DNA of 64,000 bases, taken from Epithemia pelagica. Lineage: Eukaryota; Protista; Bacillariophyta. The notes below the pieces were generated by a model that saw only the letters and a list, made by a program, of their open reading frames with translations, was not told the origin of the DNA and made no database searches. The position numbers and the translations under genes are program-made. The DNA is taken from NCBI GenBank assembly GCA_946965045.2, contig OX337241.1, forward strand, positions 3,100,001-3,164,000, in the 5' to 3' direction. Shown one piece after another: positions 46,196 to 59,303 of the stretch. The stretch's first letter is position 1. The number at the start of each line of letters is the position of its first letter.

Positions 46196-46243
46196 CAAGA
46201 GAGACTGCGCCGATTCGAACAAGAGAGACTGCGCCGATTCGAA
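46196..46243 (+). repeat. 24-bp perfect tandem duplication
   Basis: CAAGAGAGACTGCGCCGATTCGAA occurs twice. Confidence 0.95.
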
Positions 46244-47351
46244 CCAAGGCTTAGTGTAATCGTGAAGCTGAAAGCACATTTGCGCCACGTTGACTATGAA
46301 AAGATTCTGGTTGCCGTCCTTGCATAGACAAAGACATTACTTGAAGCTTGTCGGGTGCTGTCAAACTATGGACCAAGCTCCAGGCCAATAAACACCAGAG
46401 AATCGATCGAGCCACGCTCAAACTGCAATGTTGCCGCCGCTGCAGCTACTACCAGGCTTGGATTCACAGTCAGTATCCATGTTCGCGATCGGTGTTTCAT
46501 GTCAGAGAACACACAAGCATTGGACAAGGCCACTCTGTCATTGTCTTGTTCATGTTCTTGCCGTTGTCCTACCACCTCTGTTTCAGAAATCGCGGAACTG
46601 GATGTTTTTGGAAAGGACCCACAAGAATGCAACTCTCGAATCTGTCAGTTTCATCCTGCAATTTCCAAGGGCCTCTATTGTTGCAACGGTGTATTTCGTC
46701 ATTAGTGGTTTGACACCGGCAATTTGACATAGCCTGACACACAAAACTCTTGTACGTTCTCGACGCCAGCACCGGTCCTGACACCCACCTTGGCGAATGG
46801 AGGCCCTTCAACCAGTACAATACGCGTCTGCCACAGGACCAACCTTTGCGGTCCAACCAAATCCACGTGACATTCTCGAAAACAACCCAATGAGCGGTGC
46901 ACATTCGAATCATTGGATCAAGAAGTCAACAAGACCACTCTCTCTGTTGTTGTTGTCGTTGTGAACAGATGTCGTTGTGAACAGACTGTATAGGACCAAG
47001 GGAAGAATGGTGTTGCTCCATAAATGGCGTGGGACGAGATGACTTGGAAATTAGGGATTGTCAATCTGTGGACCTATTCATCATACAAAAGGACTCTTCA
47101 TCACAAATGTCGCTCTCTCTCTCTCTCCCTCGTCGTCGTATCTTTTACAGCAAAAGATACTTTTGGGGGCTTGTCATGAAATCTATGTGCGATTGACTGC
47201 CCTTCACCATCGTACGCAGGACAGGCACACCTTTTCTGTCTACACGCGCGCCGGTCTCCACGCAAAAAAGCAAAGCTTCCACTTCCACGCGTTGCTCTAT
47301 TATACAAATAGACCCGCTCTTGTGCTGCCATTTCTTGTCGACATTGGGATC

Positions 47352-48530
47352 ATGACAACGACACTGAAAGACCAAGCATGGCAGTCGGGCCTTGTACTTT
47401 TGGAAGAGACACCTGAATGGAATTTCGAGGACTGGCCTCCTCTTGAGGGTGGATGGCGTTACTATCATGCTTCCGTCGTACTGAATCGTACCGATAACAA
47501 CGAGGAGCAAACCGTCGTCGTGTTGGGAGGATTCAAACAAGGCCAAGGCTATGTCAACTCCGTTCTTGCATTGAATCTAGCAGAACCGAACAAACAGTGG
47601 CGAGAAGGGCCACCCATGAACCAGGAACGCGGTGGACATGCCGCTGTTGTGTGCAATGGAAGAGTCTACGTGATGGGAGGTCGCAATACAACATCTTTGG
47701 ATTGTCTGGAACGAATTGACTTGAATGATTTGTTTCAATCATCTTTGACAACAAGTAGCACACGTGCGAGCCATTGGACGACATTGACATGTCGGTTATC
47801 ATCTGGACGACATGGGTGTTGTGCTGTCGCGGTTCACAACCGATACATCGTTGTAATGGGTGGATACAGCGATCGTTATTTGTCGTCGGTGGATATTATA
47901 GATACAAACAGCCACACTGTCATTGCCGGACCAAGCATGATTGTTCCACGACAATGGTTTGCCAGTGCGGTCATTGGTCACCGCATCTTTGTCGTTGGAG
48001 GTCATAACTATAATGGCCATCTTGACTCGTTGGAGTATTTGGACTATGCAACACCCCTTGACAGTGATGAGACAAAAAAGGAGACTGGCTCAACATTCAT
48101 TTCTTTCTCGTCCACTTGGATCACTCATTCGGAGTTGAGGCTATCCGAGCTTCAAGGTTCTTGTGCAACGGTTGCTGTGGGATCCTGTCTGGTTGTGGCG
48201 GGTAGACAAGGCCATTTAACCGTGAAAGTCTTGGATACGCACCACAACCGCGTTTGGAATCTCCCACCAGTGAATTTACCGAGGGGCTGCAGTATGGTGA
48301 CTGCTGCCAATCGAATTGCTGTGATTGGTGGATGGAGCAATTCTACCTGCGCGACATTTCCACTAATGGATAGGAATTCGTGGTGTTTTCGTCGACTCTG
48401 TGAGCAGCAATCGAACAGATGGTATCATTCTCTTGAAGGTATGGGTATCCGAGATGCTGATATCTCACCCTTCTCCACACCGACATTAGCTTGTAAACGA
48501 AAAAGGCCTAATACTCACCTCGGTGATTAA
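47352..48530 (+). CDS. Kelch-repeat protein K12
   Basis: Intact six-blade ORF; ATG at 47352; tail KRKRP. Confidence 0.9.
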   Translation: MTTTLKDQAWQSGLVLLEETPEWNFEDWPPLEGGWRYYHASVVLNRTDNNEEQTVVVLGGFKQGQGYVNSVLALNLAEPNKQWREGPPMNQERGGHAAVVCNGRVYVMGGRNTTSLDCLERIDLNDLFQSSLTTSSTRASHWTTLTCRLSSGRHGCCAVAVHNRYIVVMGGYSDRYLSSVDIIDTNSHTVIAGPSMIVPRQWFASAVIGHRIFVVGGHNYNGHLDSLEYLDYATPLDSDETKKETGSTFISFSSTWITHSELRLSELQGSCATVAVGSCLVVAGRQGHLTVKVLDTHHNRVWNLPPVNLPRGCSMVTAANRIAVIGGWSNSTCATFPLMDRNSWCFRRLCEQQSNRWYHSLEGMGIRDADISPFSTPTLACKRKRPNTHLGD

Positions 48531-51350
48531 GGAGAGAATGAAACTTGAAATCTGCTACGTATTGCATGTATGTCCTGACATTGGCAGAACTAAAGCATTA
48601 TCATTTCGTTCTCAAATCGTAGTTGTATTGTTTTCTTCATGACATTGCGAACTATTATTGAGATATCATGTACTCCGTTGTAAAGTTACACCATAGTGGA
48701 GCCAGTCCTTGGGTAGATGTCCATGGGACCATGCCTCTCCGCTGTTGAATAGGTCGAGTTATCATGCTGTGGAGGATTATGGTTGCGTGCCTGAAACACT
48801 TGGCGCAGCGACTCGTTTGGACGGTCGACCATGCGTTAAACTGTGAGGTCCGGCCCTTTATGGCCCATGCCTACTACGTGAGAGGACAGTACACCGTCTC
48901 TCGATGCTCGTGGTGGTTTTGGGTGACAGGACATTTGCGAATCCTTGGGAATTTTTGCCACCGAAGTGTTCGATAGTTCCTCCACTACAGCAACGAGTCT
49001 TTATGAAGTCTTTATGATGAGGTCGGCAATTTGCTTGTGTCAATACAGCAATCAGTCTCTCCGTAGTGGCTCTTTGATAGTCCATGGGTATCGGTCCATT
49101 GGGATCAACAACAACAATCACAGTCTGCAAGGTTATGTCTTGCCCCTCAATGCCAGTTCCGCTGAAACCTTGTTGAAAGACTACAGCACTGTGAAACAGC
49201 ACTGTTGGACATTGCCCACTACAACCTTTGTGCCTCGTACAGCACCAACAAAACCACGACCCGCGCCGATCATGTCTTGGCTGTCGTCTGACAGCCGTGT
49301 TGGACCTCGATCACTACCACAGTTGAGTCTCGTACCGAACTCAGCAGTACCAACAACAAAACCACGACCACGAATGCCGCCGATCATGTCTTGGCTGTAG
49401 TCTAATAGAACTTCTTGTTGTTCTTCTGCTTCGTTGGATTCTGGTTGGTTTTGCTGCCTTGTCGTTCCACACCAACACACAGCTTGAATCTTCCTTTGTG
49501 GACTTGAAACGGCGATGCGACCCTTTCCCATAATCAATTCTTCACTAGAGAGTTGAATTGCGTTCCGTACTTCGACCCGTAGTACTGGAGAAGAATTCTG
49601 GTTCCCGTCCTAGTGTTCTTCTTTTTGTTCTTGTTTGTTGCGTACGATTTCTAGCTTGTTGCGATCAAAGTTGTCGTTGAGTATGGTGTTCTTCTTTCGT
49701 CCAGTGTGACAACAACAAATGCGGTTTGGTTGTTATAATTGCTATGGGGATCCGTCGTGGTTTCTTTCGTGGCTTGCGCTGCTGCTGCGACACTTGACGG
49801 TGTGTTTCATGCAATGCACAGTTGGTGATTGGCTGCAACGACCAAGACTTGGTAGTCGACGATATTGGGCTGTAGGAGCACTTCCCACATACAAGTCCAA
49901 CGCCAAGAGAGACAAATCTCCGCACCGTCCGCAAAGTTCTCGTCAGGGTTGACGAACATGATGCACTTCCATTTCGTCATACTAAGAGGGATCCATGTCA
50001 TGTTGCGAGACACAACCAAACGTGACACCCCACTCCAAGGGAACGCAAATTTCCATTTGCACGGATTGTGACAGTGTTTCCAGTGGTGGAAGATTGTTGT
50101 TTGGGTGGTCCGTATGTACGAATCATCGATTTGGTTGGCACGACAACTTTGCGCAAACGGTTGTCTCGAACGGTACAAATGGCATCTTGTCGTTGGTGCA
50201 ATTCTGCGGTCGACGCAGTAGTACTGTGGAATCCTGTCCAGTGATAGACACTGGTATCCTCGTCGGGTTGCCACACATGATAGTGTGCTTCTGCTGCTTC
50301 GGGTGGATCTGGTGGTTGTGGTTGCTCCTCAGTGTTGTCGTCCCACGAAGATCGAATGCTGACACCTGGACGAATACTGGTGGGCGGTGGACAGTGTTAA
50401 GGGGCACACGAGATCCATTCTTCCTTGTCGTTTCCAGCAAACAATTGAATCGACAAGTGTGTTTTCAATCGGTACGACACGAATTGGTGCCGTGACCTGT
50501 AAGCCTGGATGACGGATGCGAAAGGCCTGAAATTGTTCCGCAAAGGACTTGTCGGCGGTGTCGGTGGCCTGTGCACAGGTGGAGGCCAAGCGCAACCAGA
50601 ACAAGAACGACCCGAACCAGGAGTACCCACGAATCGTGGCAACGGGCTTGGGACAATGCTTCATCACCACCATTCTATGCTGCGTTCCCTTGTCTTTCTT
50701 GGTTGGAACGAGACTGCCACGCCCCCACAGTCAATTCGAAACAACAACCACAAGAAGAAGACAATGATGGTGATAATGACGATGATGCCAGACAGTGTTT
50801 GGCTGCATCACTTGGTTCCATTTCATTCCAGGTTTGGTTTCTTTCTCTGGTTCGTGGTAAGCCCATCGAGAAACGAGACGACATCCTCCCCAACCTTTGC
50901 TATTGCCCTTACAATTGCCTGTTTCAATGACTGGTGGGGAGAGGAAGATGACTGAGTTTTCACAAGATCACTTGTCCGTGACTGGTTGGGAAAGGTCGTC
51001 GATTCGGAAGAAGAGAAACGAGTAATTTGGGGGGGGGGGGAATTACAGTGAGTGCTCAGAACTGAACCCTGGATAGTCACCGCTGGGGATAAGTCCGAAC
51101 CCATCTGCAAGCACAGGTTTATTTAGGGGTATCCAAAAACGCCCACGATACTCCCAAGAAGGATGCATGGTCTTCTTCATCGCGTTGCTACGGTCACGAT
51201 TTGTCTCGTAACCCATCCATTTCGTCAAGATAGTCGATCGAGCTTCCAGTCCGCACCTATGAGAATCACAGGAGCAAAGCAAAACCACTAACCACTTACA
51301 ATACAGTGTCTCATTCCCCATAAATTCGCTGCAGTTAATATTTTGGAGCA

Positions 51351-52499
51351 ATGAGCATGACACTGAAAGAACAAGCATGGCAGTCGGGCCTTGTCATATC
51401 GGACGAGACACCAGAGTGGAATGAAAACGACTGGCCTCCTCTTGTGGGTGGATGGCGTTACCGTCATACTTCGGTCATATTGAATCATACCGATAACAAC
51501 AAGAGACAAACGGTCGTCGTGATGGGCGGATATCAGCAAGGCAAAGGTACCACGGATTTCGTTCTTGTTATGAATCTATCAGACCCAGACAAACAGTGGC
51601 GCGAAGGACCATCCATGAACCAGAAACGTTATGGACATGCCGCTGTTGGGTGCAATGAAAGCGTGTACGTTATGGGAGGATACAATGGAGCACCTGTGGA
51701 TTGTATCGAACGAATTGATTTCAACGATTTGCTGCAATCATCTCCGACATCAAGCATCTCCCACGAGAGCCACTGGACGACATTGACATGTCGATTATCA
51801 ACGAAACGAAAAGGATGTTGTGCTGTTGCGGTTCACAACCGATACATCATTGTAATTGGTGGTTATGACGGTAGTCGAACGTTGTCGTCGGTGGATATTA
51901 TTGATACCAGGAACCACACTGTCACTGAAGGACCATCCATGAATGTTCCTCGATTTTGTTGTGCCAGTGCGGTCATTGGTCACCGCATCTTTGTCGTTGG
52001 AGGTCATAACGATGAGCATGGCTGTCTTTACACGGTGGAGTATTTGGACTATGCAACACCCTGTGACAATGATGAGACAAAAAAGGAGACTGGCTCGACG
52101 TTCATTTCTTTCTCACCCACCTGGATCACTCATTCGGAGTTGAGGCTTTCCAATTCACGAGGTTCTTGTGCAATGGTTGCCGTGGGATCTTGTCTAGTGG
52201 TGGCGGGAGGAGGATGGGGCAATTCAACCGTGGAAGTGTTGGATACGAACCGCAACCGCGTTTGGAATCTCCCATCACTCGGAAATGACCGCTTTGACTG
52301 CACTATGGTGGCTGTTGCCAATCAAGTTGCCGTGATTGGTGGATGGGAGAATCCTTCCTGTACAACATTACCACTCCTGGATAGAAATTCGTGGTGTTTT
52401 CGCCGTCTCTGTGAGCAGCAATCGAACGGATGGTATCATTCTCTTGAAGGTGTGGGTATCCGAGATGCTGATATCTCACACTTCTTCACATCGACATGA
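51351..52499 (+). CDS. Kelch-repeat protein K13 (stop immediately before the basic tail)
   Basis: Intact propeller; TGA at 52497 replaces the paralog TCA just before ARKRAR. Confidence 0.88.
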   Translation: MSMTLKEQAWQSGLVISDETPEWNENDWPPLVGGWRYRHTSVILNHTDNNKRQTVVVMGGYQQGKGTTDFVLVMNLSDPDKQWREGPSMNQKRYGHAAVGCNESVYVMGGYNGAPVDCIERIDFNDLLQSSPTSSISHESHWTTLTCRLSTKRKGCCAVAVHNRYIIVIGGYDGSRTLSSVDIIDTRNHTVTEGPSMNVPRFCCASAVIGHRIFVVGGHNDEHGCLYTVEYLDYATPCDNDETKKETGSTFISFSPTWITHSELRLSNSRGSCAMVAVGSCLVVAGGGWGNSTVEVLDTNRNRVWNLPSLGNDRFDCTMVAVANQVAVIGGWENPSCTTLPLLDRNSWCFRRLCEQQSNGWYHSLEGVGIRDADISHFFTST

Positions 52500-55400
52500 G
52501 CTCGTAAACGCGCAAGGTCCAATACTCAAAGTGGTGATGAAGGGACGGATGAAGCCTAGACGTTTATTTCTCGAGTGGTTGACTTCTTTTCTACATTCGA
52601 TTGCAATCCTAGAACCTAGTAAGTGGTTACTCAAAAGTAGAAAGAACATGTTGCAAGATAGAAGGTGCTTGCTTGTTGTCAAAGACGTGGAAGGAACGAC
52701 CAAATTTTGTGTCTCTACAAGTGGTAGTGCGACCACTGTGGTTGTGAGACCGTAAGACAAGAATCTAGGGCTTTGTGGTGGCATCTTGACACTTTGTAGG
52801 ACACAGAGACATTGTCCATGGATCGGTAGCTAATGGTAGGGACACTCACACTCCAGGAAGGGAGAGTTGCGCATCGATGTCGTAGTCAAGGGCAATCCGG
52901 TTTGTTCACGCCATTTTGTGTTCATTACGATGGAATAGTGCAGAGTAGTTTTCCTGTTGGTGACAGGGCAAATCCATATATGTTTCATGACATGGTGGTT
53001 GCCGTGACTGTCAAGGGTGTTCCATCTTGTCGTTTCTTGGCATGGGATGCTGTTGCTACGACACAATTTTGCCGTGGACCACGACCATTGCCGGATCATT
53101 TGTTACCATCTAAACAATACTTGAACAGCGCCGAGGGAGACTCTCCGTAGTAATCGGTTGCGGTATTGGTGGACTTCTTGTCTGGATTGAGTAAAGAAGT
53201 ATGTGTAGTCCTTGCGTTCCTTGTTGCATCGGCATCGTACTCGTCTGTATATGCACCTGGATGATGTTCTTGCTGTTCTGCTTCTGATTAGGTGCTGGTG
53301 TAAACAACGACTCCATGGTGTGGTTGTGGTATTATATAGTAGAGGAATCCGCATTGGCCTTGCATGATTCCTCGCTTCGTTCGTTGGATTGTGATAAGTC
53401 TGGAAAACCCCAAACTTGCAACACTCTGGTTCTTGTGGTGGTAGCTGGAGTTTGTGCTTGTGGTGGTCATTGTCGCTGTTGACTTGTGTTGTTGATGAGA
53501 TGGGTCGTGGTTGGTTCCTCCTTCTTGGAGCCACAAATCACTCGACGAATTTGAAGTATTGGTGATCATGATGCTACTGTGTCATTTGTTTCGGTTGGTA
53601 GTTCTGTGGTGCTTTTCGTTTCCCCTTGTTCCAAAAAATGAACAGGTCGTGATAGTCGTCAGTTGGTCCGCCTGTTGGCAATGCATCGATGGAAACCATT
53701 CATTCGTTGCTATTGGCAATTACGCGAAGGAGGACAAAACCTGGATGCCTGCTGCGCATGCGACAATTGTTGTTGTTGCTGTTGTTTGGATCCTGTTGGT
53801 AGATCGGGAATCCTGATTTTTCTCTTCTTGTCGTGCTCTTCAACGAACGTGCAGGGCGGTAGTTCTTGTTGATGTTTGGGTGTAACTGGTTGTAGTTGTT
53901 TTTGTGTTGTCGGCATCATCGTAGTACAATAGAATGACTGTGTTGTTGAAAATTTGCTCCTTTCCGCCACGATCTATGATTTTCGACATCTGTTGGTCGT
54001 GCTCCTTGTGTGGCTTGGTTCATGGTCTCGTGGTCGATGAATCCGACAAAGGACAAAACGGGTGGATCGAAAGGTCCGATCATGAGAGGAGCAGTAAAAG
54101 GACGAAAAGCACGACAAGCCAAAACCTCGTGGACCCCATAGTCCGCTTCTCTGATGCTTCTTTTTGGAAATCGAGCATGGTTGGTTGCTGATTCTATACA
54201 TTCCTCTTCGTCTTGTGAAGAAGGAATCATCGTTGATCGAGCAAAGATGGAATGGAACCGTCCTTGACAATCAAGGGGAAGGAAGCTCCACATGAGACTA
54301 GGGCGGAGTCGTGATTGCCATTGTGGTGATTTCGAGCAAGACACATGGCTCCAGAAATGGTTGTTGCTTTTGGAAAATTGGGCAAAGACTGGTGGTAGTT
54401 GGTGCTGTTGATGTTGCTGCAGACTCACACCGCTTGTGTTTTTTTGTCGTTTCTGGCGTCGTCAGTCGGTTGGTGACGTCGTCCTTCTCGTTGTCTAGTA
54501 AAAAAGGTTTTCTTACTTGACGTCCCGACTGAAATGCGGTAGCACAATCCTCATGCTGGGCGTTGTGCCACGACGATACCGCTCTTCTGTTTGTTGTTGC
54601 ATCAAGGATTTCTTATCGTCACAACCAAATGTTTTCCATGCACAATAAGATGTCATGTTTCGACTCGGGACCTGGATGTTGTTCGTGGTGATGGAACCAT
54701 GCATTGATACGGATTCCGAATGACAACGACAAGAAAAACAAAAAGAAGCGTGACACTGTGGTAAGGTAAATGGCCCCTGTGACTTGGGCCAACTACTTGG
54801 TGAACAGCCGTCTGCACGACACGACGGACCAAAACAACCACACGACAGAGAGATGAAAAGGAGGAGGATTTTTCCTGGCCCATGTGGTGGTCCTTTTGTT
54901 TGTTTCCACTGGAATTGGGCATGATGTTGATGTCGGAGCCGGTGGGGACTGTTTGGACGTTGGGCCTGGCAGTTTTTTCCATGGATTTTGAGCGCATGGC
55001 ACCCATGCAACTCATGGCATGCTTCACGCTCGTGTGTTGGAATTGGTGGCGTCCTTTTGCCATTTTGACTTTGCGCTGTCGTCCCCGCTCTCGCAATGGA
55101 AGTCACCTTGAATATACCCACACGTGTTTGAAGCCTTGACCATAGTGGGAAACCATTTCCCATTTGCATTGAGACGCAATGCCTCGTTCAGTCCGGGTCC
55201 CCAAAGTTGCATCCAATCCATGTCTTCTTGACACTCGACGCTTTCATCAAGGCTAGAGCTCCATTCACAAAATAGAGATGCACCTCTCCCAGAGCTCGAA
55301 TTCGGTCCACTTGCTAGTCAACGAAGAAAATATTATGATGATCATGCGCCGCCTTTTGTCCATCTTTCTTGTTGTTGGATCTATGAATTCGCCCAACGAT

Positions 55401-55631
55401 ATACTGTGGCTGTGGCTCTGTCATGCATTGTATGGGCGACCCACTCTTGCCCGGAAAGATTGCGTACCTACGACAGACACTCTGGCTCAAATGCTTCCAC
55501 GCGTACGACGAGTTTAGGTCTGAAAATTTGGATCGTGTTGTTGCTGTTCCACATCAGTCCGCAGATCAGCATCTCAAAACTGCCTTTCAATGATCTCTTT
55601 ATAAAATTCGCTGCAGTCATTGTGTGAAACC

Positions 55632-56852
55632 ATGGCCACGGCACTGAAAGAACAAGCATGGCAGTCGGGCCTAGTCCTTTTGGACGAGACACCTGAATGG
55701 AATGAAAACGATTGGCCTCCTCTTGAGGGTGGATGGCGTTATCGTCATGCTACGGTTGTACTTGATCATCCCGATCAAGACAATAACAACAACAAGAAGA
55801 AGAGACAAATGGTCGTCGTGTTGGGAGGATATAAACAAGGCCTAGGTACCACCAGTTCCGTTCTTGTAATGAATTTGGAGGGCCAGAACAAGCAGTGGCG
55901 AGAAGGGCCGCCCATGAACAAGAATCGTTACGAACATGCCGCTGTTGTGTGCAACGGAGCCGTCTACGTGATGGGAGGACACAATCAAGGTTCATTGGAT
56001 TCTATCGAACGAATCGATGCCAATGATTTGCTTCGATCATCCTTAACAAAAAGCAAATCCTTAACAAACAGCACACGCGCGAGCAATTGGACGACATTGA
56101 AGTGTCGCTTATCAACGCGAAGGTATGGATGTTGTGCTGTTGCGGTGCACAACCGATACATAATTGTAATGGGTGGCTACAGCAATCGTTATTTGTCGTC
56201 AGTGGATATTATTGATACCAACAATCACATTGTCACTGCTGGACCATCCATGAATCTTCCACGAGCATGCTGTTCCAGTGCGGTCATTGGGCACCGTATC
56301 TTTGTCGTTGGAGGCCGTAATGAGCATGGCAATCTTGACTCGGTAGAGTATTTGGACGACACAACACCCTGTGACAGTGTTGAGACAAAAAAGGAAACTG
56401 GCTTGACGTTCATTTCTTTCTCACCCACCTGGACCAATCATTCGGAGTTGAGGCTTTCCAATGCACGATTATCTTGTGCAATGGTTGCGATGGGATCCTG
56501 TCTGGTTGTGACGGGAGGATTCGAATCATCTGTGGAAGTGTTGGATACGCGCCGCAACCGTGTGTGGAATCTCCCACCATTCACTAACTACCACAATGGT
56601 TGTACTATGGGGACCGCTGCCAATCAAATTGCCGTGATTGGTGGATGGCGCAATCCTACCTGTGCAACATTACCACTACTGGACAAGAATACGTGGTGTT
56701 TTCGTCGACTCTGTGAGCAACAATCGAACGGATGGTATCATTCTCTTGAAGGTATAGGTATCCGAGATGCTGATATCTTGACATTGGCATCAGCACATCA
56801 ACGCGCAAGGTCCAATACTCAAAGTGGTGATGAAGGGGCGGATGAAGCCTAG
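55632..56852 (+). CDS. Kelch-repeat protein K14
   Basis: Intact six-blade ORF starting MATALKEQAW; tail HQRAR. Confidence 0.9.
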   Translation: MATALKEQAWQSGLVLLDETPEWNENDWPPLEGGWRYRHATVVLDHPDQDNNNNKKKRQMVVVLGGYKQGLGTTSSVLVMNLEGQNKQWREGPPMNKNRYEHAAVVCNGAVYVMGGHNQGSLDSIERIDANDLLRSSLTKSKSLTNSTRASNWTTLKCRLSTRRYGCCAVAVHNRYIIVMGGYSNRYLSSVDIIDTNNHIVTAGPSMNLPRACCSSAVIGHRIFVVGGRNEHGNLDSVEYLDDTTPCDSVETKKETGLTFISFSPTWTNHSELRLSNARLSCAMVAMGSCLVVTGGFESSVEVLDTRRNRVWNLPPFTNYHNGCTMGTAANQIAVIGGWRNPTCATLPLLDKNTWCFRRLCEQQSNGWYHSLEGIGIRDADILTLASAHQRARSNTQSGDEGADEA

Positions 56853-59303
56853 CCGTTTATTTCTCGAGTGGTTGACTTGTTTTCTACATTCGATTGCAAT
56901 ACTAGAACCTAGTATTAAGTGTTTACTCAAAAGTAGAAAGAACATGTTGCAAGAAAGAAGGTGCTTGTTTGTTATGGAAGGATCGATCCCACTTTTATAT
57001 CTCTACAAGTGGTACTGCGCTTCGGCCATTACCTGTTTCCTGTCAGTTGTGGGACAGTGCCACCACCGTGGCTGTGTAGTCGTGAGACTTGAATCGGGTA
57101 CTTTGTGGTGGCGTCATGGCACTCTACATAACACAGTGTGGTCCATGGAATGGTGGCTGTGGCACAACCAATGAGAGGAGCAGGAACAGAAGCACACCAA
57201 GGCGAAACCTTGTTGGACCTGATGTTGTCCGCTTCGAATGGTTCTTCCTCGAAAGATGACAATGGGTCGACTTTGGATGGAAGTAAGGAGGGAGGACCAT
57301 CTCATATCCAATTCCGACATTTTGGTCAAGAGCAGGTTGTCCCTTTCGGAGGAGTCACCGCTCCAATCGCAATGCCTTCTTCTAGTTGCTGTTGCATGTG
57401 AATCGCAATACGTTGCTGCACTTGTCATGTGATGTCAAGCCGGAATGGCCCAATGAAGATGACGAGTCCAAGAGGAACCCACCAAATCAGATCGAGGGTC
57501 GTCCCAATTGTCGCAATGGACCAGAACGAAAACAAGGAATCGAGTCTCGACGTTGCGACGAGACTGACAGGACACCTCCCCCCACCACTACTTTCTGTCG
57601 CAGCATTGCTCGTTCAATTGCTCATGCCTGGAAACATGCCGCTCCCCATCGCGATGTCTTGCCCCTCAATGCCAGTTCCCCGGAAACCTTGTTGCACGAT
57701 TACGACAACACTGTCGAACAGCAGTGTTGGACCTTGACCACTACATCCTTTGTGCATCGTACCGAACTCAGCAGCAGCAGCACCAACAACACAACCACGA
57801 CAACGAACGCCGCCGATCATGTCTTGGCCATTATGGAAGCCTTGTCACCCACACCGTATGAATGGATGTTCGAACACGAGTCGCCCGAAGCGGTTGTGTG
57901 GTCGAATGATTTTGCTCGTCGGTGTCGAAATGGCGAAATTCGTGTGTCTGCTTCTTGTTTGTCGTGGAATCGCCCGACCGTCTGGCTCGCTTATCACGCT
58001 GATTGGGTGGAGTGTGGGTCGCTTCGACATTTGGTGCAATCACCACAACGCTGTCCCTGGTGTGCACCAGACACCAACACGCTCTGTATCAACCACTCAT
58101 GTGTGTGGCTTCTGTGGTCATCCCAGCGAATCAAATATACCTGGACAGGAACTGAAGGAAACTCTCATGCCGTTGTGTACAACCAGCATGTGTCCGCACA
58201 GGAAGGGGGCGTCGGGATTTGCCGGGGATCCGACCAAGTCGACCGCAATCACACGACAATTCCCAAATCTTGATTTCCGTCCTCATCCACTCGCACTGGA
58301 ATAGTTGCTTGTGTCAAGCAAGCAGGGAAACAGATGGATCCAAGCGACGACTCATCTGGTCCACTTTTCCTGTTGATGGAAATCTTGTTGGTTGATCAGC
58401 GCATGTTGTGGATTTTGTTGCTGTCGATTTGGGAATGGAAACAAAAGCAGCAGAGTGTCAGGAATGGTTGATGCCTTTCCACTTTTCTCATCCTCCTCTT
58501 AGAAGAACGGCCATTGTTTCCGTTGAAAATTGTAGTGGGTCGCTGGATTCTCGTCTATCGTAGTCTGCAGGGAGGAGCGACGGCTCCAGAACATGGCCAT
58601 TATTTGTGTTTGTGGTGTCATTGGTCGGAATGACTCCCCATCGAAAGCTATCGTATCTTTGCCGCGATTTGCATTCTGATTTCTTGCAGAGATTTGAACT
58701 GGATCGCGCGGGATTTTAGAGAAGCTCTGCTAGCCGTACTACCTTGTAGCTATGAGGTGTGATTTTCGGAGGGCAAAAGTAACGCTATAATCTATGGCAC
58801 ATTTAGTATGACAAAACCTGTGGTTGTTGTCCATCTAAAAGTTTGTACCATCCAAGAGAGCTGGTTACATGGCATACTTTGTACGCACCTTGGAATGTGG
58901 TTGTTTGTATTCGGACTTGGTTTGTAACAAGCAAAAGCTATGCTGTTCCATCCATCAGGACGCGACATACACCTCTTGTTTTGGAACCTGACTCCTCGTT
59001 GTCATAGCGACGGTCATGATATTGCATGCGTACCAAATGGTCAGTCATTCTTGGAAGGTTTGCGTCGTTTCCTTTGCCTAGGCAAAGGACCAGGCAAAGG
59101 ATCCTGGTGCGAGGTATAATCTTCGTTGGACCGGCGCTCTCGTGTAGTTGAGAGAGCGTGTTCCTGATGGATTTTGAAACAAGAGATCACCTCTTTTGCG
59201 ACCTCTGCCATGTTACCAACCAACTGTTTGTATCTGGAATCTGTTGCGTTCAAGTCCGCATAGGAACAACAACCAGGCAACCGCTTAGGTCCAGTTCAAG
59301 AAG

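Noticed and set aside
51022-51046. G-run flanked by GTAATT/AATTAC inverted hexamers
   Set aside because: It is a single homopolymer with a 6-bp inverted flank, which is expected by chance, and no second copy was seen.
2503-56852. Diversity-generating retroelement as the source of Kelch variability
   Set aside because: There is no adenine-rich template repeat and no DGR-type RT; the only RT is copia Pol. Synonymous differences are spread through the genes, fitting paralog divergence plus conversion.
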